Assembly: GCA_016196885.1 (NCBI GenBank)
Contig: JACPWU010000002.1
Coordinates: 63,629 to 95,628, forward strand
DNA from: Chlamydiota bacterium
GTDB lineage: Bacteria > Auribacterota > JACPWU01
Length of the DNA stretch: 32,000 nucleotides
Reading direction: 5' to 3'
Every line of letters begins with the position of its first letter. Position 1 is the stretch's first letter. Below the pieces are notes generated by a model. It was not told the origin of the DNA, did no database searches, and saw only the letters and a list, made by a program, of their open reading frames with translations. Made by a program: the position numbers and the translations under genes. Shown here piece by piece: positions 7,248 to 15,125 of the stretch.

Positions 7248-8654
7248 ATGTTTGAATCGTTCATTATTACCTTGAGAGAAGGGATTGAGGCCTCCCTGGT
7301 GATCGGCATCCTTTTGGGGATTTTGAAAAAAATCTCGAGGGAGGACCTCGTTCGCTTCGTTTACGGGGGTGTGGGGGCCGCGGTCGTGGCCAGTGGCCTG
7401 GGGGCTCTTTTCCTCCAATCCTTTGTCATCAATGAAGAGGTGTATGAAGGGACCCTTTACCTTGTCGCCGCTTTTTTTGTGATCACCATGCTTTGTTGGA
7501 TGCGCCGGCATGCCAGAACATTAAAGGGAGAAATTGAAACGGCTGTTCATCACATGACAGGTGGAGCCCAGAAAAAAGGAGAGGCCTGGGGAATTTTTGC
7601 CTTCACCTTTTTCATGGTTTTTCGGGAAGGGGTTGAGACGGTTCTTTTTTTAAGTGCCGTGGGTCTTACCACGCAAAAGCTTTTGTCTTTTATCGCAGGA
7701 CTGTTGGGTCTGGTGCTGGCCGTTCTTTTCTGCGTGGCTTTTGTGAAGGGGACCCTGCGGATTGATTTGGGGAGATTTTTCCGGGTGAGCACCGCCGTTT
7801 TATGGATTTTTGTTTTTCAATTGTGGGTCAATGGTTTTCACGAATTGTCCGAAGCTCAAATTTTACCTGCCAGTCAAAGGGAGATGGCCCTTGTAGGACC
7901 TTTGGTTAGAAACAATGCCTTTTTTATTTTGGCCATTCTGGCGATTCCCATTTTTATTTTTTTATTCTCTGCTCGGAAAAGGGAAAATTTACCCGATGAA
8001 ATGTCAGGCCCTGAACGCAGACTGGCGTTGTCCAAGGCGAAAAGTGAAAGGCGCTGGCGTTTCAGTTGGTCGGCTGTCTCTTTTTTGATTCTTCTGTCTT
8101 TGGGGGCGCATACCGTTTATTCCAATCGGTCTGAAAAAATAGACCCTCCCCTTCTCGTAGAAAGCCAAGGCGGCTCGATTAAAATTCCTCTTTCTGAAGT
8201 AAATGATGGAAGGCTTCATCGGTTTGGCTTGAATGTTGGGGAAGGCATGGTTCGTTTTCTTGTCATTAAAACCAGCGATGATCGTTATCGAACAGCCTTT
8301 GATCTTTGCGAAATCTGTGGAGATTATGGCTATCGCCAAGAAGGTGAGAATATTATTTGTCTCAATTGTACGGCGGCCATCCATCCTCCGACAATGGGTG
8401 TGGCAGGGGGATGCAATCCCATTCCTTTACAATCGTGGGTCGAGGGAGGGGAGCTTTTGGTTAAAGAGACAGATTTAAAAGTGTTTCAAGATCATTTCAA
8501 AATGAAGGTGCTACCGGAAGTGACGTGCACCCTTTGTCACATGAAATTACATTTTGAAGAGGCAAAAGAAATAAAGGCGAAGGGAAAAACTTTTTATCTT
8601 TGTCCGATGGAATCTTGCCAAAAAGAATTTGAGAAACGGTATTTGAATTATTAA
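7248..8654 (+). CDS. FTR1-family metal permease fused to a DUF2318/COG4393-like Cys-rich domain and a C-terminal YHS/TRASH-like segment
   Basis: Two REXXE motifs (TLREGIEA, VFREGVET) in a multi-TM N-terminal half. About 8139-8480 reads AFDLCEICGDYGYRQEGENIICLNC..GGCNPIPL. About 8517-8651 reads TCTLCHMKL..GKTFYLCPMESCQKEFEK. Confidence 0.85.
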   Translation: MFESFIITLREGIEASLVIGILLGILKKISREDLVRFVYGGVGAAVVASGLGALFLQSFVINEEVYEGTLYLVAAFFVITMLCWMRRHARTLKGEIETAVHHMTGGAQKKGEAWGIFAFTFFMVFREGVETVLFLSAVGLTTQKLLSFIAGLLGLVLAVLFCVAFVKGTLRIDLGRFFRVSTAVLWIFVFQLWVNGFHELSEAQILPASQREMALVGPLVRNNAFFILAILAIPIFIFLFSARKRENLPDEMSGPERRLALSKAKSERRWRFSWSAVSFLILLSLGAHTVYSNRSEKIDPPLLVESQGGSIKIPLSEVNDGRLHRFGLNVGEGMVRFLVIKTSDDRYRTAFDLCEICGDYGYRQEGENIICLNCTAAIHPPTMGVAGGCNPIPLQSWVEGGELLVKETDLKVFQDHFKMKVLPEVTCTLCHMKLHFEEAKEIKAKGKTFYLCPMESCQKEFEKRYLNY

Positions 8655-8693
8655 AAACTAATTTGGACGAAATTATTTTTAGAGACTTTTCCT

Positions 8694-9956
8694 ATGCTCT
8701 TACGAATCCTCAGTGAATCTTTCATGCGTCGCAAGCGGCGCAAAATACTGGGTGTTTTTGCCGTTTCCCTGGGCGCCAGCCTGGCGACGGCGGTGATTGG
8801 GATTTCCTTGGAAGTGGGAGATAAGGTGAGTCGTGAATTGAATGTTTATGGCTCGAATATCGTGGTTCATCCTTCGGATATTGTAGATGAAGAAGAGGGC
8901 CCCGTTCTGGGACAGCCCAGGCTCGACGAATCGGACCTTCCCAAAATGAAAACGATTTTCTGGGGCAATAACATCATGGATTTTGCCCCTTTTCTTTTGA
9001 GCGAGGTTACCCTCAAGGGCGAGACAATTTCTATTGAAGGAACATGGTTCTCTAAAGAAATGAGTGTCCCAGATGGCCCATCCGTTAGAACGGGAGTCGA
9101 AACCCTTTTCCCTACCTGGCATGTGGAAGGGTCTTGGCCTCGAGATGATCAGGCCTTGAGAGAGGTGCTCGTAGGAAAAGAGATCGCGGCCCAGTTTAAT
9201 ATTCATCCTTCTCAAAAAATCACGATTGAGAAAAACGGAAAACCACTTGAGGTTTTAGCAACAGGAATTTTAAATTCGGGAGAGCAATACGATTCGAAAA
9301 TTTTGGTGGATTTAGATTTGGCCCAAGGGCTCACTGGACTTCCTAAGGGAGTGGACCAAGTTTTCGTTCGAGCGCTCACCATTCCAGAAGATGATTTTCT
9401 GAAGCTTTACGCGCGTCATCCGCAGTCTCTTTCTCCTCAAGAGTATGAACGGTGGTCATGTTCCCCTTATGTCAGTACCGTTGCGGCTCAGCTTCAGGAG
9501 GCGATTGCGCATGCGGTTGCAGAGCCCATTCTTGAAGTTTCTCAAAGAGAAGGGGTTTTGCTTAAAAAGCTCAAAGGACTTTTTATTTTTATTTGTGCAG
9601 TTGCTTTATTAGCCGCTGGAGTTGCTTTAACCACTGTTTTAATGGCCACGGTGGTAGAAAGGCGTCAGGAGGTCGGGCTTTTAAGGGCTTTAGGCGCAGG
9701 CTCCAAAGATGTGGTTTTAATTTTTCTATCTGAATTGGCTGTCATGGCCATCCTCGGATCTTTTTTGGGGGGGGCCTTAGGCTATGGATTGGGACAATGG
9801 ATATCCTTTCATTTGTTTCACTCTTTTATTCAACCTAATCCGATGGTTCTCTTTATTGTTGCGGGAGTGACATTGACCATCTCTCTTATGGGAGGCCTTT
9901 TCCCTATACGATTTGCCCTCAAAGTAGACCCTGTGAGAGTCTTGCATGAAATTTAA
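8694..9956 (+). CDS. ABC transporter permease, FtsX/MacB-type with a large periplasmic domain
   Basis: 420 aa. N-terminal TM (RKILGVFAVSLGASLATAVIGISL), a soluble domain of about 250 aa, then a 3-TM FtsX-type C-terminus containing ERRQEVGLLRALGAG. Confidence 0.85.
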   Translation: MLLRILSESFMRRKRRKILGVFAVSLGASLATAVIGISLEVGDKVSRELNVYGSNIVVHPSDIVDEEEGPVLGQPRLDESDLPKMKTIFWGNNIMDFAPFLLSEVTLKGETISIEGTWFSKEMSVPDGPSVRTGVETLFPTWHVEGSWPRDDQALREVLVGKEIAAQFNIHPSQKITIEKNGKPLEVLATGILNSGEQYDSKILVDLDLAQGLTGLPKGVDQVFVRALTIPEDDFLKLYARHPQSLSPQEYERWSCSPYVSTVAAQLQEAIAHAVAEPILEVSQREGVLLKKLKGLFIFICAVALLAAGVALTTVLMATVVERRQEVGLLRALGAGSKDVVLIFLSELAVMAILGSFLGGALGYGLGQWISFHLFHSFIQPNPMVLFIVAGVTLTISLMGGLFPIRFALKVDPVRVLHEI

Positions 9957-11061
9957 AATGTTTTTAAAACTTTGTTTTGCTTCGATTTCTCATCAAAAGG
10001 GTAAATCAGCTTTGATGATGATTGTTTCTGTTATGGCCGTTGCGGTGACCACCAGTCTCTTGGGATTGATTTATGATGTTCGGCTTCAAATGCAAAAGGA
10101 ACTCATGGCCTTTGGCCCTAATTTTAAAGTCCAACCTCAATGGAATACCATTGGCAACATGATTTCGTGGGCCCAGTACGACGAAATTGAAAAAATGTTT
10201 TTCAGGCCAGATGCAATTATTTGCCCTGTTTTAGCGGGTGTGGTGTTGTGGAAAGATCGCTCTCAATTAATAGAAGGCGTTTTATTAGATGCTTACCAAA
10301 AGATTTCCAAGCATTGGATAGTGGAAGGTACATGGCCAAATAAGCCAGGAGAAGTTTTAGTGGGAGAAAAAGTCGCTCAGAAATTTCATTTAAAGTTGGG
10401 AGAGACTTTGACTTTTGATCAGTCCTCTCAAGCTTTTTTGATTCGAGGTTTTTTTCGATCAGGGACCCGAGAAGAAGAAAAAATAGTTTTCTCAATGAAA
10501 GGCGCGCAAAAAATTTTAAAAGAGGAAAAAAACTTTTCATTTGTTTTTGCCAGATTAAACAATTCTCTTCAGGAATTAGAAAATTTAAGCGAAAATATTG
10601 AAAAACATTTTCCTGATTTAAAGGCGGTTCCTATTCGAAGGGTTTCTTTGGCGGAGGGAGCGATTCTAGATCGTATTGGCAGTTTAGTGGGATGGGTGAA
10701 TATCCTGATTTTGATGGTTGCTGCGTTGGCTTTGATGGCGACTTCAACAGTTTTGGTGGATGAGCGCCGTGAAGAGTTTGGCTTGCAGCGGGCCTTGGGA
10801 GCAAGTCCCGCTCAATTGATGCGGCTTTTTTACATGGAAACTTTTTTGAGTGCCTTCATCGTTTCACCCCTTGGTTTTTTACTAGGATTCTGGGGGCTAA
10901 AAATATTGGCTTATGAGGTTTTTTCGGCTCAAGCGACTTTTCGGTGGGAAATGGTTCCTGTGATTTTGATTGTTTTAATGGTTGTCATTCTTCTAGGAGA
11001 GAGTGTGGCTGTGAGAAGAATTGCGACCCTTGAGCCGGCGATGGTTTTAAAAGGGGAGTAA
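9946..11061 (+). CDS. ABC transporter permease, FtsX/MacB-type (second copy)
   Basis: 371 aa with the same architecture and ERREEFGLQRALGAS. It overlaps the previous gene by 11 nt (alternative ATG at 9958). Confidence 0.85.
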   Translation: MKFKMFLKLCFASISHQKGKSALMMIVSVMAVAVTTSLLGLIYDVRLQMQKELMAFGPNFKVQPQWNTIGNMISWAQYDEIEKMFFRPDAIICPVLAGVVLWKDRSQLIEGVLLDAYQKISKHWIVEGTWPNKPGEVLVGEKVAQKFHLKLGETLTFDQSSQAFLIRGFFRSGTREEEKIVFSMKGAQKILKEEKNFSFVFARLNNSLQELENLSENIEKHFPDLKAVPIRRVSLAEGAILDRIGSLVGWVNILILMVAALALMATSTVLVDERREEFGLQRALGASPAQLMRLFYMETFLSAFIVSPLGFLLGFWGLKILAYEVFSAQATFRWEMVPVILIVLMVVILLGESVAVRRIATLEPAMVLKGE

Positions 11062-11068
11062 ATGAGTA

Positions 11069-11103
11069 AAGGACGATGGACGATGGAAGATGGACGAAGA
11101 TGA
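11069..11103 (+). repeat. Five tandem purine-rich heptamers between the permease and ATPase genes
   Basis: AAGGACG ATGGACG ATGGAAG ATGGACG AAGATGA. They carry four ATGs in three frames. A 13-codon mini-ORF (11062-11103, MSKGRWTMEDGRR) ends in an ATGA overlap with ATG 11100. Confidence 0.7.
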
Positions 11104-12173
11104 GCAGCCTTATTCAAGCAAAAAATTTAACGCGTCGTTATAGTGACCATGTCATGGCCCTCGATCATGTAGATTTAACAGTTGAACGAGGTGAATGGCT
11201 TGCCATGATGGGGCCTTCTGGGTCTGGGAAGACGACCTTGCTGAATTTATTGGGTTGTTTGGATCGTCCCACGGAGGGAGAAATTTTCTTTGAAAATCGT
11301 TTGATCAGTACTTTCAGTGCTCAAGAGTTGAATCGCTTTCGCCGCGAAAATGTAGGGATCGTTTTTCAGCAATTTCATTTGATTGGTTATTTGACGGCCC
11401 TGGAAAATGTAATGTTGGCTCAGTATTATCACAGCATGGTCGATCGTGAGGAGGCAAAGCGTGCCCTAGAGGATGTCGGATTGGGTGAGCGGATTCATCA
11501 TTATCCGTCACAACTTTCGGGAGGGGAGCAACAGCGGGTTTGCGTGGCCCGGGCCTTGATTAATCAGCCTAAATTGATTTTGGCAGATGAACCTACAGGA
11601 AATTTGGACGAGAAAAGCGAAGAGACGGTGCTGGATCTTTTTCGGCGTTTGCACGCAAAGGGACACACTATTTTAATGGTCACGCATGACGTGACCGTTG
11701 GAAAAATGGCGGATCGTCAACTGCAATTGGAACACGGAAGAATAGCAGGATCTTATTTAAGTCCCCTTCAAGCAGAGGAGGATATTGAGAATTTTCTCAA
11801 GCGCTTATGGGAATTACGTGAAGAGGGTAAGCTTTCGTATGACTATTTGCAGAAAAATAATTTTTTGGATCATGCGGGTGTTTTGAAATACATGCAGGCC
11901 AAAGAACTTTTGGAAGTGAAAGATCGAAAAATCTATTTTACTTCAGCAGGTGAGCTTCGTATGAGAGATATCATTCGTCGCCACCGGCTGGCCGAAATAC
12001 TTTTTTCTAAAGCTTTACACATGGATAAAGAAGAGTCGGCTGTTGAGGCCTGTCAATTTGAGCACATGCTCAATCCCGATATCACAGAAAGAATCTGTAC
12101 TTTTTTTCATCATCCAAAGAAATGTCCTCATGGGAAGGAAATTCCTGGAGGGAAATGCTGTGAAAGACCGTAG
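11100..12173 (+). CDS. ABC transporter ATP-binding protein (MacB/LolD-like) fused C-terminally to a DtxR/MntR-family metal-sensor module
   Basis: MSSLIQAKNLTRRY.. is a typical N-terminus (the ORF track start at 11076 is an in-frame alternative). Walker A GPSGSGKTT, signature LSGGEQQR, Walker B LILADEPT, H-loop VTHD. From about 11775: EDIENFLKRLWELREEG..RRHRLAEILF..EACQFEHML.P.I.ERI..F...P.KCPHGKEIP, the DtxR-family pattern. Confidence 0.85.
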   Translation: MSSLIQAKNLTRRYSDHVMALDHVDLTVERGEWLAMMGPSGSGKTTLLNLLGCLDRPTEGEIFFENRLISTFSAQELNRFRRENVGIVFQQFHLIGYLTALENVMLAQYYHSMVDREEAKRALEDVGLGERIHHYPSQLSGGEQQRVCVARALINQPKLILADEPTGNLDEKSEETVLDLFRRLHAKGHTILMVTHDVTVGKMADRQLQLEHGRIAGSYLSPLQAEEDIENFLKRLWELREEGKLSYDYLQKNNFLDHAGVLKYMQAKELLEVKDRKIYFTSAGELRMRDIIRRHRLAEILFSKALHMDKEESAVEACQFEHMLNPDITERICTFFHHPKKCPHGKEIPGGKCCERP

Positions 12174-12254
12174 CTCGTCTTTCGTCGTTCGTCTTCCGTT
12201 TATAAGCAAGAAGTTAGTAACGGACGACGAACAACTAACGAAGAACGACGAACA
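12174..12254. repeat. Periodic-arm hairpin H3 (7-nt units) directly after the ATPase stop
   Basis: Left arm CTCGTCT TTCGTCG TTCGTCT TCCGTTT (12174-12201). Right arm ACGGACG ACGAACA ACTAACG AAGAACG ACGAACA (12220-12254). The arms are complementary with mismatches. Confidence 0.75.
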
Positions 12255-12283
12255 AAAATTGTTCAAAAGAAAAACAGGTTGTT

Positions 12284-13561
12284 ATGAACCCCTATCATGG
12301 CTTATGGCTTAAGGCTCAAGAATTAATGCCCGGCGGTGTCAACAGTCCCGTACGGGCTTTTAAGTCTGTGGGGCTTGATCCGCTGATTGTTTCCAAAGCC
12401 AAGGGTTCCAAAATTTATGATGTTCGAGGCAAGGCCTATTTGGATTTGGTCATGTCCTGGGGACCTTTGATTTTAGGGCATGCGCATCCTGAGATTTTGA
12501 AAGCAGTAAAAGAGGCTTTGGAGGAGGGGTCTAGCTTTGGTGCCTTGTCTCATCGCGAAATTCTCTTGGCTGAGGCGATTTGTAACGCGCTGCCTTCCCT
12601 TGAAAAAATCCGTTTTGTCAGTTCGGGAACAGAAGCGGCCATGACAGCCATTCGTTTGGCGCGGGCTTTTACTGGAAGGGATAAAATGATCAAGTTCGAA
12701 GGTTGCTATCACGGCCATTCCGATTTTCTTTTGGCCAAGGCGGGCTCTGGCCTTGCGACTTACAGTCTCGCAGGAAGCGCGGGGATTCCTAAAGAGGTTT
12801 TGAAATCTACGCTTGTTCTGCCATTCAATGATTGGGTGGCTCTTGAAAAAACAATGAATCGCTTCGGTCGTGAAATCGCCTGTATTTTGGTAGAACCCAT
12901 TCCCGCCAACATGGGCTTGGTGTTTCCCGAAAAGGATATGCTTAAGACCTTAAGAAAAATGTGTACGCAAAAAGGAATCCTTTTAATCTTTGACGAAGTG
13001 ATCACAGGTTTTCGAGTCGGATACGGAGGCGCACAAGAGCTTTATCACGTTCAACCTGATTTAACTATTTTAGGGAAAATCATTGGCGGCGGATTTCCCG
13101 TGGGTGCTGTCGGTGGGCGTAAAGAAATCATGGATCAATTGGCACCTTTGGGACCCGTGTATCAAGCAGGAACCCTTTCTGGAAATCCGGTGGCCATGGC
13201 TGCGGGATTAAAAACTTTGGAAATTCTGAAGAGAAAAGGCGCTTATGAAAAACTTGAAAAGCTGGGCGCAACTCTTGCTGGTGGTCTCGAAGAAATATTA
13301 AAGAAGAAAAAAATTTCCTTTCAGCTCCATCGCATCGGCTCCATGATGACTCTCTTTTTTAATGATCGGCCGATTGAGAATTATCAGGATGTATTACAAT
13401 GTAATACAGAAAAATTTAATCAATTCTTTAGAGAGATGTTTCGAAAAAGAATTTTCCTTCCTCCCTCTGCCTTTGAAACCTGGTTTTTGAGCTTGAGCCA
13501 CTCTGCTCAAGACATCGAGAGCTTCTTAAAGGCAGCTGACCAGACGTTCAAGGCTTATTAA
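12284..13561 (+). CDS. hemL: Glutamate-1-semialdehyde 2,1-aminomutase
   Basis: 425 aa. PGGVNSPVRAF, SWGPLILGH, FDEVITGFR and LGKIIGGGFPVGA (PLP lysine) are typical of HemL. Confidence 0.95.
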   Translation: MNPYHGLWLKAQELMPGGVNSPVRAFKSVGLDPLIVSKAKGSKIYDVRGKAYLDLVMSWGPLILGHAHPEILKAVKEALEEGSSFGALSHREILLAEAICNALPSLEKIRFVSSGTEAAMTAIRLARAFTGRDKMIKFEGCYHGHSDFLLAKAGSGLATYSLAGSAGIPKEVLKSTLVLPFNDWVALEKTMNRFGREIACILVEPIPANMGLVFPEKDMLKTLRKMCTQKGILLIFDEVITGFRVGYGGAQELYHVQPDLTILGKIIGGGFPVGAVGGRKEIMDQLAPLGPVYQAGTLSGNPVAMAAGLKTLEILKRKGAYEKLEKLGATLAGGLEEILKKKKISFQLHRIGSMMTLFFNDRPIENYQDVLQCNTEKFNQFFREMFRKRIFLPPSAFETWFLSLSHSAQDIESFLKAADQTFKAY

Positions 13562-13617
13562 GAGCTCTTTTCCAACCCATTGTACAAGAAGGAGTAAGAT
13601 TTTGTTCATTTTTGTTT

Positions 13618-13650
13618 AACTTAACTCATTCTTTAGCAAGGAGTTAAGTT
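13618..13650 (+). terminator. Stem-loop after hemL
   Basis: AACTTAACTC (13618-13627) and GAGTTAAGTT (13641-13650) form a 10-bp perfect stem with a 13-nt loop, 57 nt after the hemL stop. There is no strong T-tract. Confidence 0.45.
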
Positions 13651-13732
13651 CTGAAATATTAAATTATTCTTTTAATCTTTCTGAAATGAACAGTGTCTAT
13701 ATATATGGGTGGGGAGATAGGACGAGGAAGCC

Positions 13733-13876
13733 ATGTCAACGAGAGAGTATATTTTGAATCAAGTGGAGCTGATCAAGAGAGATTGTGCAAAGTTGAAGAT
13801 TACGCCAGAAGAATGGGTTTCAAGATTTGCCAAGAAGTACCATGATGAACATGCTTTGCAGGTGGTTGTGGCTTAA
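13733..13876 (+). CDS. Hypothetical small protein (47 aa); possibly the 5' fragment of a decayed gene
   Basis: ATG preceded by GGACGAGGAAG. It encodes MSTREYILNQVELIKRDCAKLKITPEEWVSRFAKKYHDEHALQVVVA, with no recognisable family. An overlapping 108-aa ORF in another frame continues to 14153. Confidence 0.25.
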   Translation: MSTREYILNQVELIKRDCAKLKITPEEWVSRFAKKYHDEHALQVVVA

Positions 13877-14064
13877 TATCAAATCAGACTTTCTGCCCAA
13901 TTTAACCTTACCTAGAGATCCAGGACTTTCTTCAGAACTCAGTTCATCCCAGTTAAACTCAGATTTTGCAATAGACGCGTGGACTCAAGAGCAAGAGCTT
14001 GAGCCAGACAGGCCTTTGCAGTCCCTGTGGGATTGGCCTGAAGAAAACAAACAAATCAGGCAAA

Positions 14065-14083
14065 CTTGTGCCAGTGGCACAAG
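14065..14083. terminator. Perfect palindrome CTTGTGCCA-G-TGGCACAAG flanked by GGCAAA direct repeats, downstream of sucD
   Basis: 9-bp arms, about 75 nt beyond the sucD stop on the minus strand. It shares the core TGCCAGTGGCA with the hairpin at 2241-2261. Confidence 0.35.
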
Positions 14084-14156
14084 GCAAACTGACGCGTTAG
14101 TAAATGAGTTCCTCTTTATAGCATGCAAAAATTTGCCTGTCGAGTATTTCTGAAGG

Positions 14157-14990
14157 TCAAGTGCCTTCGCATACGGTAACGCCGGCTGCTTTGAGAGCTT
14201 CTATCTTAGAAACTGCTGTTCCTGAACCTCCTGAAACAATAGCTCCGGCATGGCCCATTCTTTTGCCGGAGGGGGCGGTTGTGCCGCTGATAAAGGCGAC
14301 CACGGGTTTAGTGAATTTTTCCCGAATGTATTCAGCGGCAATTTCTTCTTGGCTTCCTCCAATTTCTCCGATGAGAATGACCGCTTCTGTTTGAGGATCT
14401 TTTTCGAAGAGTTCGAGAAGTTCAATGTAGCCGGTTCCAATAATAGGATCACCGCCAATTCCAATACAAGTAGATTGGCCCAAGCCTAAAGAGGTCAATT
14501 GCCAAACGGCTTCGTAAGTCAATGTTCCACTTCTTGAAATAACACCGATAGAGCCGGGTTTATGAATGTAGCCGGGCATAATGCCTATTTTACATTCACC
14601 CGGGGTGATAATGCCTGGGCAATTGGGCCCGATCAATGTAGTGTCTGTTCCCTGTAAAACCCTTTTGACTTTGGCCATGTCGAGCGTAGGGATCCCTTCA
14701 GTAATACAGGCAATCAGTTTGATGCCAGCCGCATGGGCTTCTAAAATGGCATCCGCGGCAAAAGGGGCTGGAACATAAATCACAGACGCATTGGCCTGGG
14801 TTTTCTGAACAGCTTCCTGAACCGTGTCAAAAATGGGAATCTTTTCGAAATTTGTTCCGCCTTTGCCAGGGGTAACACCTGCTACCATTTTTGTCCCGTA
14901 TTCCACCATTTGACGGGTATGGAAAGAGCCGGCTGAACCGGTGATGCCTTGGCAAATGACGCGGGTATTTTTGTCGACCAGAATAGACAT
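14157..14990 (-). CDS. sucD: Succinyl-CoA ligase subunit alpha
   Basis: 277 aa. [28 protein letters not shown] and the GHAGAI phosphohistidine motif. Confidence 0.95.
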   Translation of the reverse strand: MSILVDKNTRVICQGITGSAGSFHTRQMVEYGTKMVAGVTPGKGGTNFEKIPIFDTVQEAVQKTQANASVIYVPAPFAADAILEAHAAGIKLIACITEGIPTLDMAKVKRVLQGTDTTLIGPNCPGIITPGECKIGIMPGYIHKPGSIGVISRSGTLTYEAVWQLTSLGLGQSTCIGIGGDPIIGTGYIELLELFEKDPQTEAVILIGEIGGSQEEIAAEYIREKFTKPVVAFISGTTAPSGKRMGHAGAIVSGGSGTAVSKIEALKAAGVTVCEGT

Positions 14991-15008
14991 AATAGACTCT
15001 TTCTCTTA

Positions 15009-15125
15009 AAATTCGAAATACGAAACACAGAGTAAAAGCAGGCACGAAATACCAAGCACTAATTTTGAATTTGGGTATTAGAATTTGTTTCGAATTTTGT
15101 GCTTCGTTCTTCGAATTTTATTCGT
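15009..15125. repeat. Periodic-arm hairpin H4 (7-nt units) filling the 134-nt sucC-sucD spacer
   Basis: AAATTCG AAATACG AAACACA (15009-15029) versus CGAATTT TGTGCTT CGTTCTT CGAATTT TATTCGT (15091-15125). On the transcribed minus strand the array starts at the sucC stop codon. Confidence 0.65.

Noticed and set aside
8700-9215. Antisense or alternative-frame ORFs inside large genes (e.g. 626-871, 8700-9215, 15099-15530, 15932-16330, 21269-21709, 23997-24398, 24593-24937, 30832-31239)
   Set aside because: Each lies wholly within a strongly supported CDS with clear family motifs, and shows biased, Arg/Ser/Pro-rich composition typical of shadow ORFs.
8694-12173. Interpreting the two FtsX-type permeases plus ATPase as LolCDE lipoprotein release genes
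   Set aside because: They are operonic with, and immediately follow, an FTR1::DUF2318 gene, matching the ftr1-linked ABC genes of Campylobacter and Yersinia. The ATPase also carries a metal-sensor tail. LolCDE cannot be formally excluded without a phylogeny.
13827-14153. 108-aa ORF as a genuine gene
   Set aside because: It has no SD, a low-complexity Ser/Leu composition and no recognisable motifs, and it overlaps the better-supported 47-codon ORF. It is kept only as a possible pseudogene fragment in the findings.
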